A stretch of 64,000 bases of DNA from an uncultured Spirochaetota bacterium (GTDB lineage Bacteria; Spirochaetota; UBA4802; UBA5550). Shown here piece by piece: positions 35,539-45,644 of the stretch. The stretch spans positions 192,001 to 256,000 of the forward strand of contig CAWHAA010000002.1 in assembly GCA_963827275.1 (NCBI GenBank), in the 5' to 3' direction. The position numbers and the translations under genes were made by a program. Each line of letters opens with the position of its first letter. The stretch's first letter is position 1. The notes beneath the pieces are model-generated. The model saw only the letters and a list, made by a program, of their open reading frames with translations. It was not told the origin of the DNA and did no database searches.

Positions 35539-36624
35539 ATGGGCGTAGCGTGCGGCATCATAGGGCTCCCGAACGTGGGGAAATCAACGATTTTTAACGC
35601 GCTCTCAGGCGCGGGCGCGCAGATGGCCAATTATCCCTTCTGCACCATAGAGCCGAACAAGGGGATTGTGCCCGTGCCGGACGAACGGCTTAAAACAATC
35701 GCCGCGCTTACCCACAAGGAGCATCCCATCCCCACGAGGATAGAGTTCATCGATGTTGCCGGTCTTGTCAAGGGGGCGTCGAAGGGTGAGGGGCTCGGCA
35801 ACAAGTTCCTGGGCCACATCCGGAACGTTGACGCCCTGGTCCACGCGGTCCGCTGCTTTTCGAACGATGACGTGGCGCATGTGACCGGCGACGTCGATCC
35901 GGTTCGCGATATCGAGATTATCAACACGGAGCTGATCCTCGCCGACATCGAGATCATTGAGCGGGGGCTCGACAGGGAACTGAAGCTCGCGCGCGGCGGC
36001 GACAGGAAGTCAAAATCGAAGGCGGCGGAGCTGGAACGCTTCATTGCGCACCTGAACGACGGGAACATGCTTCGCACGCTCGAAACAAGCGACGAAGAGC
36101 GCGTAACGCTCGCCGAATTCGGCGTTATCACCGATAAGCCGGTGATCTACCTGGCGAATATCGACGAAGAGAAGGATTCACGGAAGTACGTGGACACCGT
36201 CGCGGAATACGCGGCCAGGCAGGGGGCGCAGCACCTGTATCTCATCGGCAAGCTCGAGGAGGAGATCTCCGAGCTGCCGGAAAATGAAAAGCGGGAATAC
36301 CTTGATGCCATGGGGGTGTCTGAATCGGGGCTGGACCGGCTCATCAAAACGGCATATACGCTTCTGGGCCTAATCACCTACTACACCGCCGCGACCGAAC
36401 TGCAGGCCTGGACGCTCCGCGCCGGGACCCCGGCCGCGGCGGCAGCGGGAAAGATACATACCGATTTTGAAAGGGGCTTCATACGCGCGGAGGTGTTCCG
36501 GTATGATGACCTGGTGCGGCTCGGATCGGAAAAGGCCGTCAGGGAGCACGGTCTCTTCCGCTCCGAGGGAAGGGACTACATCGTGCAGGACGGCGATATA
36601 ATAAAGTACCTGTTCAACGTGTAG
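35539..36624 (+). CDS. ychF: Redox-regulated ATPase YchF
   Basis: GLPNVGKSTIFNAL, NYPFCTIEPN, DVAGLVKGASKGEGLGNKFL, IHTDFERGFIRAE, YIVQDGDII. Confidence 0.97.
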   Translation: MGVACGIIGLPNVGKSTIFNALSGAGAQMANYPFCTIEPNKGIVPVPDERLKTIAALTHKEHPIPTRIEFIDVAGLVKGASKGEGLGNKFLGHIRNVDALVHAVRCFSNDDVAHVTGDVDPVRDIEIINTELILADIEIIERGLDRELKLARGGDRKSKSKAAELERFIAHLNDGNMLRTLETSDEERVTLAEFGVITDKPVIYLANIDEEKDSRKYVDTVAEYAARQGAQHLYLIGKLEEEISELPENEKREYLDAMGVSESGLDRLIKTAYTLLGLITYYTAATELQAWTLRAGTPAAAAAGKIHTDFERGFIRAEVFRYDDLVRLGSEKAVREHGLFRSEGRDYIVQDGDIIKYLFNV

Positions 36625-36700
36625 GGCCGTGTCGTAAAAGTCCCGTCGGGTTATTACCGGTTACGTTTTTCTGTTATGATTAATTTAAAGCTAAAGGATA

Positions 36701-37471
36701 GTGGCCATGATTGAAAGACAGATTTATCAGCTTGTTCTCTACGGCTTCATGGGCGTGGCGGTGATTACGTTTATCTCTCTCTTTTTTATTACCGCCCCCT
36801 ACGGCAGGCACGCGAAGAAGGGCTGGGGGTTCCTGGTCCCCAACAAGGCCGCATGGGTCATCATGGAAGCGCCCGCGTCCCTCCTGTTCCTTCTGTATTT
36901 CCTGATCAGCGACAAGGATATAACGGCCACCCTTGTCGCGCTGCAGGTCATCTGGCAGATACACTATTTCCACCGCTCGTTCATATTCCCTTTCATGCTC
37001 CGGAGCGACGAAAAGGTCGCGATATCAATCATCATATTCGGCATGATCTTCAACTCCATCAACACCTACATCCAGGGCCGCTGGGTGTACAGCTTCTCGC
37101 CGGCGGGGGCATATCCGGCCGAATGGCTCGCGGACCCGCGCTTCATCATAGGCGTGGTTATCTTCGCCGCGGGGTTCGTCATCAACAAGCACTCGGATGC
37201 CATTACGCGGAGATTGTGGGACCCGCAGGACCCGGGATACAAGATCCCCTATGGCGGCATGTTCCGCTTCGTCTCCTCGCCCAACTACCTCGGGGAAATC
37301 ATAACCTGGATAGGATGGGCCGTGATGACATGGTCCCTTGCCGGGCTCTTTTTCGTCGTATGGACTGCGGCGAACCTGGTCCCGCGGGCGCGGGCAAACC
37401 ACAAATGGTACCTTGAAAAATTTCCGGAGTATCCGAAGAACAGAAAGGTCATGATCCCGTATATCTACTAA
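36701..37471 (+). CDS. 3-oxo-5-alpha-steroid 4-dehydrogenase (SRD5A) family membrane reductase
   Basis: APYGRH, AWVIMEAP, HYFHRSFIFP, YKIPYGGMFRFVSSPNYLGEI, NLVPRA, H.WY..KF.EYP..RK..IPY. Confidence 0.85.
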   Translation: MAMIERQIYQLVLYGFMGVAVITFISLFFITAPYGRHAKKGWGFLVPNKAAWVIMEAPASLLFLLYFLISDKDITATLVALQVIWQIHYFHRSFIFPFMLRSDEKVAISIIIFGMIFNSINTYIQGRWVYSFSPAGAYPAEWLADPRFIIGVVIFAAGFVINKHSDAITRRLWDPQDPGYKIPYGGMFRFVSSPNYLGEIITWIGWAVMTWSLAGLFFVVWTAANLVPRARANHKWYLEKFPEYPKNRKVMIPYIY

Positions 37472-37479
37472 GGGTACGG

Positions 37480-38169
37480 TTATTTCTTTTCGTAGGCGGT
37501 CTTGAGCTCGTTGAGCTTCTGCTTCTTTTCCCTGATGCCGTTCCGGTAGCCGGCTATTATCCTGCCGAAATCTATGTCGCCGGTGATGATGTTCTTGCGT
37601 TCGGTCTCGATGAACCCGAGGTCGGTGGTGATCTTAACCTGGCTCGCCACCTGGGCGTACTCCCTGACCCGTTCCCAGTAGGGCAGGGCTTCGGCATAGT
37701 GCCGTTCGGCAATGTCGAGGCTTTCGCTTATCTCCTGCGCATAATCCCAGTTGTAAAAGAGGACTTTCTGCTTGTCGTAGCGCGATGCAATCGAAAGGTA
37801 GCTCCTCATGATCAGCATGTTGATATGCATGAACATCAGGTTCCGGTATTTGAAGTATTCCCGGTCTGATTCTACTTTTACGAGGGCCATGGAAGGGTGA
37901 CGGAACTTGCGCTGGAGGGCCGTCTTGAGCCCCTCAATGTTTTTCCTGAGGGTGTTTTCATTATAGTAGAGCTTCAGCCCGTAGAGCTCATAGTAATCTT
38001 CGAGGTAATGGGGGACGGTCTGGTAGTGGAGCCGTATCTGCGGGATGTAGTCCGAAAAGGGGACATACCGGTCCCGTTCCTTTGGCTTGCTGAAATACTG
38101 GTACTGGTAATCCTCCGCGCTCAGCGCGGTAGCGGTTAACAGGAGTATGATGATAATATTTTTCTTCAT
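37480..38169 (-). CDS. Secreted conserved hypothetical protein (spirochaete-type)
   Basis: Signal peptide (MKKNIIIILLLTATALSA); Tyr-rich and helical; strong host codon bias. Confidence 0.75.
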   Translation of the reverse strand: MKKNIIIILLLTATALSAEDYQYQYFSKPKERDRYVPFSDYIPQIRLHYQTVPHYLEDYYELYGLKLYYNENTLRKNIEGLKTALQRKFRHPSMALVKVESDREYFKYRNLMFMHINMLIMRSYLSIASRYDKQKVLFYNWDYAQEISESLDIAERHYAEALPYWERVREYAQVASQVKITTDLGFIETERKNIITGDIDFGRIIAGYRNGIREKKQKLNELKTAYEKK

Positions 38170-38220
38170 GATCGGTGTATCATGTGAATGTCAAACATTG
38201 TAACGTGCCGTCATTCTGTA

Positions 38221-38248
38221 GTATCGGACAATCAGCAGGGAAAATTGA
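38221..38248 (-). promoter_or_regulatory. Candidate sigma28 (FliA) promoter
   Basis: Minus strand TCAA-N16-TCCGATAC about 50 nt upstream of ATG 38169; compare consensus TAAA-N15/16-GCCGATAA. Confidence 0.45.
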
Positions 38249-38280
38249 GCGGAATTGGGCCGGCCGGGGGGGTATCCGGG

Positions 38281-39153
38281 CTACTCTGAAAAAAACAATT
38301 CAAGGTATTTTCTCAATGCACGGGCGTACTCGAGCTTGATACCCGTCTCAACGGCCCAGGTTGACTGGGGGAATATGCTGAGGTTTGCTCCCAGGATCCT
38401 CTCTGCTTCGAGGATGAAGGAATAGGCCATGCTTTTTTTGAAATACCCGCGGTTGTGCCGGTCGAAAAAAATCTCCTTGTGCGCCTGGTGAAGGTTTTCA
38501 TCCCCTTTGCGATATACCCGGTAGGCCTCAACATCGGCCTGGTTGGCGTAGGTATCGATGATATTCATGCATTCCGATGCGCGGTAGAAATAATAGAGCA
38601 TGGTCGTGAATACTTCGAAATGCTCCAGAAGTTCCGGGTCGTCGGTTTTGTCTTTCAGGCGCCTTATGGCGTGATAACACTTGCGCACTGAAAAAACCAT
38701 CTTGTTGAATATGGCCCTGTTCGAGACTTTGTCCCGCAGCGGCAGGTTGTAGAGGTTGTACTGGAAGTAGCGGTACAGGGCGTCCTTTGAGGTTTCGCGC
38801 AGGTTTATGAATTGCTTCGTGAGGATTTCGGAATCGATGATGTCCTTGTATGGCTTTCTTGGCTCTTTCTGCGCTCCGGCGGGGGGCGCGGGAGGCGGGG
38901 CCGGTTTATCAGGGGGCGGTTCCTCGCTAAAGCGGCAGCTCATTATGGTCGAATATGCCACGTTGAGCTTGGTCATCGCCTGGTTCGCCCATTCGGCACG
39001 GTGGGGATTCTTGTCAGGGTGAAATTTGAATGCGAGCTTCTTGTATGCAGCGGATATCTCTTCATCGGTAGCGCCGGAAGACACATTTAAAAACAAATAG
39101 TATTGATCGATATTCTCCAATGGATTTTCCTGAGATGCAAAAATATGATTCAC
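38281..39153 (-). CDS. J-domain (DnaJ N-terminal) protein with helical C-terminus
   Basis: YYLFLNVSSGATDEEISAAYKKLAFKFHPDKN with intact HPD; Pro-rich linker. Start uncertain. Confidence 0.85.
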   Translation of the reverse strand: MNHIFASQENPLENIDQYYLFLNVSSGATDEEISAAYKKLAFKFHPDKNPHRAEWANQAMTKLNVAYSTIMSCRFSEEPPPDKPAPPPAPPAGAQKEPRKPYKDIIDSEILTKQFINLRETSKDALYRYFQYNLYNLPLRDKVSNRAIFNKMVFSVRKCYHAIRRLKDKTDDPELLEHFEVFTTMLYYFYRASECMNIIDTYANQADVEAYRVYRKGDENLHQAHKEIFFDRHNRGYFKKSMAYSFILEAERILGANLSIFPQSTWAVETGIKLEYARALRKYLELFFSE

Positions 39154-39327
39154 CGGACCGGGGCATGAATCCGGGGACAGGGCCTGAATTATTTAAATTA
39201 ATTTATTAATGGGTTGAAAAAAAGCAATTTATAATGAATTTTGATCCTTCCTTAATACCGATACATTGAATCTCCGACTGCATCAATAATTCACTATTTT
39301 TTTAAATTACAAGAATAAAAAATTTTC

Positions 39328-39370
39328 TTGACATATAAACTCATGTATGCTTATTATTTGTATAGATAAT
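39328..39370 (+). promoter_or_regulatory. lexA promoter with candidate LexA operator
   Basis: TTGACA at 39328-39333, TATTAT at 39352-39357; imperfect palindrome ATTATTTGTATAGATAAT at 39353-39370 (14 of 18 symmetric). Confidence 0.5.
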
Positions 39371-39389
39371 AAGCCGGGGGGATCCGCTA

Positions 39390-40010
39390 ATGGCAACGAA
39401 AGAAAAACCAAAACAGCTCACCGACAAACAGGAACGTATTTATGACTTTATCAAGGGATCGATAAAGGGCTCGGGGTTCCCCCCGACGGTACGGGAAATC
39501 GGTGAACAGTTCAATATCACTGTCAAGGGCGCCTACGACCATGTGAAAGCGATAGAAAAAAAAGGGTTCATCAAAACAGAACAGAACAAGTCACGCGCAA
39601 TAGTGGTGCTCGGGGAAGATGATGAAATCCCGGTTGATGCCATAACGATCCCTCTTCTCGGAAGGATCGCCGCCGGCTCCCCGATAATGGCGCAGGAAAA
39701 TATCGAAGAATATCTCAGCTTCCCCAAATCCATGTTCCGCAGCGGCGACTATTTTGCCCTCCATGTCAAGGGCGACTCAATGATTGAGGGCGGGATTAAT
39801 GACGGGGATATCGCCATTATCAAGAAGCAGAATAATTGCAATAATGGAGAAATTGTTGCTGCGTTGCTCGAAGACGAGGCAACATTGAAGAGGCTCAAGG
39901 TTTCCGGCAGCAAGGTAATGCTGATGCCCGAAAATCCGGCGTATCAGCCAATTGTTGCTGAAAATGCCTCGATCATGGGGAAGCTGGTCGCTTTATTCCG
40001 CAAGTATTAA
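39390..40010 (+). CDS. lexA: SOS repressor LexA
   Basis: GFPPTVREIG wHTH, Ala-Gly cleavage site RIAAGSP, catalytic Ser (GDSM) and Lys (TLKR). Confidence 0.96.
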   Translation: MATKEKPKQLTDKQERIYDFIKGSIKGSGFPPTVREIGEQFNITVKGAYDHVKAIEKKGFIKTEQNKSRAIVVLGEDDEIPVDAITIPLLGRIAAGSPIMAQENIEEYLSFPKSMFRSGDYFALHVKGDSMIEGGINDGDIAIIKKQNNCNNGEIVAALLEDEATLKRLKVSGSKVMLMPENPAYQPIVAENASIMGKLVALFRKY

Positions 40011-40181
40011 TGTGCCGATAGCATTGTTTTTCAATATATAAAACCCGCTTGAAGAAATCATTTATTTTTTAATGATGATTTTATTCTTGTATTTGATCCA
40101 CAGATCCGTTTATCACGTCTAATTATCTGCACTATGAGCGCAACCAACATGTCTATGAAAGATTTTAAGGGGGGTGGTGTT

Positions 40182-43088
40182 ATGGCATTACGAATAGCCA
40201 TCGCGGGGCTCATGCTCCTGGCAAGCTCCCTGTCCTATGGCAACGAGTGGCATGACGAAGCCGATCGCTGCTGGAATGAAGCGCTAAAATTCAAAAAACA
40301 GCACGATTACAAACAGACGATTGAATATCTAAAGCGCGCGGTTGCTGCCGAAAGGAAAAACGAGGAGCCGCGGAGTGAAGAGCTTATCGCCCAGCTCACC
40401 GAGCTCGGTCGCGTCCATGACATCCTCGGGGAGCATGAACGCTCCCTCCATTATTACACGCTTGCCATGAATGCTTCCCGAACGTACGAGAACGCCGAGC
40501 AGGAGATCGCGTCATTAAACAGTATCGGTGAAACATTTGGCAATCTCGGCCGGTATGAAGAGGCGCTTGCGTCTCATGAACAGGCGCTGGCTACTGCCGT
40601 GAAGAAAGGCTACAGGGACCGTGAAATGCAGGCGCGTTCCAGCATGGCGGCGGCCTACCGGGCCCAAAAAAAATTTGATAACGCGCTCAGCGAGTATGAA
40701 AAAGCCCTTGCCGTTGCACGGGAAACCGGGAGCGGGGCGAATATCGCGGTCATTACCAGCAATATGGGTACTCTCTATTTCTTTAAAGGTAATTTTGACG
40801 AGTCTCTCGCACACTATTCCGAGGCGCTATCCATAGACAGAAAATCAGGAAACGACAGGTCGCTGTCGATAGACCTGAGCAACATGGGAGTGGTGTACGC
40901 GGCTCAGGGAAGGTATGGAGAAGCACTCGGTTATTTCGAAAAGGCGTTAACGATTGACAGGAGCGGCAACGATGAATTGCGTATCGCGTCACGGTTGAAC
41001 CGGATCGGGGAAACGTATTTTAACCTCGGGTACAATGACCGCGCTATTGAATTCTTCACCAGGTCTCTTGAAATCAACACGAAGCTTAATAACAGGATCA
41101 ATGCCGCCGCTCTTCACAACAGCCTCGGGAGGGTGTATGATTCCATGGGCAGGTACGATGAGTCGATGGACCATTATCTCAAGGGCCTTACCCTCAACAG
41201 GAATATAGAATTGGATGAGTCTATCCAGTCCAGGCTCGGCGACATAGGGATGGTATATGAATCCCGTGAGCGGTACGGCGAAGCGGTTGAATATCTGAAT
41301 AAAGCGCTCAGGCGCGATATTCAGAATGAAAAACGGGGGCGGATAGCGCACAATCTTGGCAATCTTGGGAAGGTCATGATTTCAATGAAGCGATATGACC
41401 GGGCCCTCGAATATTTCAGGCAGGCGGAAGAGATAAACAGGGAACTCGGTGACGCGACAGGGGTCGCTGAAGATCTGAAAAACAGCGGCATTGTCTGCTA
41501 TTACCGCAAAGAATACGACGAAGCGGCGGCACACCTTTCGAATGCGCTGGCAACGCTGGATGCAGCGTATGCGGCACCGGGCCGGGCCTTTTTCGATATG
41601 AGGGCCGAGGTGTTCCGCTGGCTCATCGCGGTGCATGTGACGACCGGCAGGCCGGATACCGCGTATGAAATAAACGAGCGCTATTGCGAGGAAAAAGTTA
41701 ACTGCGCTACCGGTGATGCGTTGTGCATGAAAAAGGGAGCGGTCCTGGGCGCTGAGGAGCTGAGGAAAAATATCGGGAAAAACAGCGCGGTGGTGATTTT
41801 CACGAACATCTCGTGGGACGACCCGCAGGTGATTGTCATCGACGCAGGCGGTTCGGTCGGGTATGAGCTTGACAAGGCGGCGATGGTGAATGCCGTGTAT
41901 AACTCCCGGAAAAATGAGATTGAAGCATTCATGAGCCATAAAAAAAGCGATATTATGTTCAATATCGATCAGCGCCTGCGGCGGGACCATTATATCATAG
42001 AATTTGAAAAGATAGTCAACTATTACCGCTTTCTCATTGGGAAAAAATACATCGGCATCGACGAATATGAGACGCTGAAATATCTCGGTAAGACGATGTA
42101 TTCATTTCTATTCAAGAAGATCGAACGGAGGCTTGCTGATAAGGAAATCCTGGTGATTCAGCCCGACGCGTCACTCACGTTTCTGCCATTTGAGACCCTT
42201 GCCATGACAGATGGGAAGTTCCTGGTAGAACGGTTCGAAATATCGTACGCCTATTCACAATCGTCAAGGGCCGGCTTCAAGAAACGACTCTACCCGGCAG
42301 GGAGGAGGTCGATTGTCTCGCTGGTGAACATGAAAACGGATGTTCTACCTCCAGTAAAAAAAATAGATTCTGTCATACATTTCGATCATATAATCAGCGT
42401 TATCACGAAAAAAATTCGTAACAACGAAGAGATCCGCGAAGCATACGGCTTCTTCGGCTCCGGCGGTCTTGTGCCGTCGTACCAGGACGCGGCGCGGCCG
42501 GAAGACCTGAAGGGTGTTGCGCCGGACGCGGCAGTGATTTCCGGCGAGCGGGCCACCGAACCGGAATTGAAAAAGATGTCGGCATCCGGCTTCCTGTCAA
42601 ATTATAAGATCTTTCTTTTCAACGGGAGCGGAATCATCGTCCCGGAGACGCCCCTCCTGTCAGCGCTGGCTGTTACTGCGCGAACAGCCGGGAAAATGCA
42701 GGGAGACGGCCTGTTGAATATAAAAGAGCTGGCGGGGCTCGCGATACGGGCTGACCTGTTTCATGTTGCAGCGCTCAGGATCCCGCCGACCGGCTTCAGC
42801 AGGGGCGAGGGGATCTGGAGCCTGTGCAGCTCAATCAGGGAGGCAGGGGCGCGCGGGGTGTCCGTATCGCTCTGGCCGGTGGATGACAGGGCCAACCTGG
42901 AATTCAGGAACCGGGTGTTTGCCCGGATGCTGAACAAAAACATCCCCGCGGGCAGGGCCATTGCGGAAACAAAACGCGAATTCATACAGGGGGCAACGGA
43001 CCGGGAACCAGGGGGCAGCTCGCGTCCCGGGCAGGGTAATTATGCAAACCCGTATTTCTGGGGTTCCTGGATCTATTATGGCGATTAG
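40182..43088 (+). CDS. Exported TPR-repeat protein with C-terminal CHAT domain lacking catalytic residues
   Basis: Signal peptide; about 11 TPR repeats; CHAT landmarks PDASLTFLPFETL, ATE, GDGLL, GEG, SLWPVDD, NPYFWGSWIYYG. Confidence 0.85.
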   Translation: MALRIAIAGLMLLASSLSYGNEWHDEADRCWNEALKFKKQHDYKQTIEYLKRAVAAERKNEEPRSEELIAQLTELGRVHDILGEHERSLHYYTLAMNASRTYENAEQEIASLNSIGETFGNLGRYEEALASHEQALATAVKKGYRDREMQARSSMAAAYRAQKKFDNALSEYEKALAVARETGSGANIAVITSNMGTLYFFKGNFDESLAHYSEALSIDRKSGNDRSLSIDLSNMGVVYAAQGRYGEALGYFEKALTIDRSGNDELRIASRLNRIGETYFNLGYNDRAIEFFTRSLEINTKLNNRINAAALHNSLGRVYDSMGRYDESMDHYLKGLTLNRNIELDESIQSRLGDIGMVYESRERYGEAVEYLNKALRRDIQNEKRGRIAHNLGNLGKVMISMKRYDRALEYFRQAEEINRELGDATGVAEDLKNSGIVCYYRKEYDEAAAHLSNALATLDAAYAAPGRAFFDMRAEVFRWLIAVHVTTGRPDTAYEINERYCEEKVNCATGDALCMKKGAVLGAEELRKNIGKNSAVVIFTNISWDDPQVIVIDAGGSVGYELDKAAMVNAVYNSRKNEIEAFMSHKKSDIMFNIDQRLRRDHYIIEFEKIVNYYRFLIGKKYIGIDEYETLKYLGKTMYSFLFKKIERRLADKEILVIQPDASLTFLPFETLAMTDGKFLVERFEISYAYSQSSRAGFKKRLYPAGRRSIVSLVNMKTDVLPPVKKIDSVIHFDHIISVITKKIRNNEEIREAYGFFGSGGLVPSYQDAARPEDLKGVAPDAAVISGERATEPELKKMSASGFLSNYKIFLFNGSGIIVPETPLLSALAVTARTAGKMQGDGLLNIKELAGLAIRADLFHVAALRIPPTGFSRGEGIWSLCSSIREAGARGVSVSLWPVDDRANLEFRNRVFARMLNKNIPAGRAIAETKREFIQGATDREPGGSSRPGQGNYANPYFWGSWIYYGD

Positions 43089-43110
43089 AAAAGCGCGCGT
43101 CCCGGCCTGT

Positions 43111-45340
43111 TTATACCTGCTTGATGATGTCCGGGGTTATCGCGGGGATATCCCTGCATCCGGTAAGGATCATCGCCTTCTGTAAATCCTTCTTGAGATA
43201 ATTGAGATAGTACGACACCCCCTCGGCCCCCATGCCGACCGCGGATATGGCGATCGGCCTACCGATGAGCACGGCGCGTGCTCCCAGGGCAAGCGCTTTC
43301 AGTATGTCCACGCCTTCGCGAAACCCGCCGTCTATTATAACAAGGACCCTGTTGTCGGTTTCGCGGACAATTTCCGCCAGGACATCCATTGACCCCATCA
43401 TCTCGTCAAGGACCCTCCCGCCGTGGTTGGACACGATGATGCCGCGGGCGCCTGCCTCGACGGCGGCTACCGCGTCCTTGACGTTCATGATGCCTTTCAG
43501 AAAAAACGGAAGGCGCGTGGAGGAGATAAGCTCTTTTAATTCGGCGAAGCTCTTCGGCCCTACCGACTGGTTTTTCATTGCCATGGTCTTGAACACGACG
43601 GCATCGATGTCCATGCCGACGGCAATCGCAGAGGCCTTTTCCGCGGCCCTGATGCGCATGATGATCTCGCCGTTATCGCTTCTCGGCTTGAAGATGGGGA
43701 TCGCTTTCCCGCCTGATTCGGAGATCGCCTGCAGGCCGATCTTGTACTTGTCGGGGGTCGCGCCGTCGCCGACGAACGCGATGGTGCCTGCCTTGATGCA
43801 CCCGCTGATGACCGCGCGGTTGTAGTCAAGCTCATCGATGGCGCCGCCCATGTTCGTGACCGTGCCCGTTATCGGGGCGGCCATGACCGGGATGGAGAGC
43901 GACAGGTCCATGAAGGAAGTCGTAGGTATCGGGCTGGGTGACGTCGTGGATCAGCCGCGTGTTGATCTTGAACCGTTTCAACGACGCGATATTCCGCCTG
44001 AACGATTCGCCCGTACCGGTGCCTCCCATTCCCGGGACACCGGTAGGGCAGTCCCTGCCGTCACAGGTTTTGCACACGTAGCAGATCTTCTTGAACCGTT
44101 CTTTCGCCGCGAGGTGGATGGTCTCCATCGAGATTTCAGATTCTTCTATCATCTCAAAATTGAGCACCTTTTTGCACTGGTCCACGCTTGCGACCGCTTC
44201 CCCGAGGGTAGATCCGACGGCTATGATGTGGCCGGCCTTTTCAACGTTGGACCGGGGCTGTATGACCTTGTCGCCCGGCTTGACATTGAGAAAGATTTCT
44301 TTTATGCCGGGGACCTTCAGCGCTTCTTCGAGTCCGGTGATCTTTTTAACTATGCCCGGCTTTGTTATTATGGCGCGCTCAATTGCTGTGCGGCTGATGA
44401 CCGGCTCGAGGTTGCCCGGCTCCTGGCCGAGTGCAACCTCGATCGCCGCCTTGATCAGGTCAACACCGCTGGAGAGGGGATAGGTGTAGGCTGACATAAA
44501 GCCGCCGGAGAGGCGCGCGGCGAGCTCGCCGATCATGGGACCGTCCTTCGTTATCTTGATATCGCCCTTTGCCGCGCCGATATCTATTCCGAGGGCGCGT
44601 ATGCCCATGGTCATAATTTCGCATGCCGCCTCCTGCACGTCGCGGGGAAGGGAAGACGGCATGTTGTGGCCTGTTTCGATGAAGTAGGGCGGGTACTCGA
44701 TGATGCGGTCCGCAACACCGGTAAAGGTGATCTCATTGTTGTAAATGATGGCATCGATCGACAGCTCAGGGCCGTCCATGTATTCTTCCATAATCAGTTC
44801 GCCGCTCGGGGACGCATTTTTTGAAAACTTGAATGCGTCGGCGAGCTGGTTCAGGTTGTCGAGGCGCATGACGCCGCGCGCGCCCATGTTGTCCGACGGT
44901 TTGATGACTACGGGGAATTTCAGGATCTTACCGGCCTTCTTCGCATCCGAGAGCGACCATACCGGGAGGAAATTTGGTGAGGGGACGCCATGTTCCTTGA
45001 AGCGCATACGCATCTTGATCTTGTTGGTCGCCGCCTCCGCGTCTTCGAATTTAATGCCGGGAAGGTTCAGCGCGTTGGCGACCGCGGCAACCGCCATAGA
45101 GGCGTCGGTGCCGGCGGTGAGCACGGCGTGTATGGGGGTCAGCTCGTTCTGGGCCTTGGCGACCCTGACGGAGCCTTCGATGTCGCGCGTGCTCATGACG
45201 ATGGGTATGTCGGCTTCCTTCATCCCCTGGGTATTCGGGTTATAGTCGGTCACCACGACCTCGTGGCCCATTTTTTTCGCGGTGAGAATCACCGGCACCT
45301 GGAGTAACCCGCCGCCTATTACCATAATTGTTTTTTTCAC
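43111..45340 (-). CDS. ATP-grasp ligase / FMN-dependent alpha-hydroxy-acid oxidase fusion (about 742 aa), one frameshift at about 43923
   Basis: ATP-grasp: IGGGLLQ, VIKPSDNMGARGV, EEYMDGPELS, ELAARLSGG. Then CYVCKTCDGRDC and an FMN barrel: APITG, LKGIM, VSNHGGRVLD, IDGGFR.G.D..KALALGA. Deleting one base restores PDTSTSFMDLSLSIPVMAAP. Confidence 0.8.
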
Positions 45341-45644
45341 GGCATGCTCCTTGTTCGCACAGTATGGCGCGCCGGTCCGGGCGCCGGTCGATGTTATATG
45401 ACGGACATACGGGACGCCTGTGGCTGTCCGCCAAAACGGTTATGTCGCATTATACACCATGCCGTTTTATTCAGTCAATTATTTAATTGTGCGGGGAAGT
45501 CCACTGCCATGATCCTGCAGGGTGCGTGGGTACGGAACAGGAAATTTGCGGCACGAAAAGACCGGAAAAAAAAATTTGCTTGAATAGTGTGACAGGCTGT
45601 CCGATGATAGCATGCCATTTGAGTTTTCCGCCGCGGGAGGAACC

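Noticed and set aside
40182..43088. Craspase (type III-E CRISPR) association of the TPR-CHAT gene
   Set aside because: No cas genes or repeat-spacer array nearby; the protein appears exported and catalytically dead.
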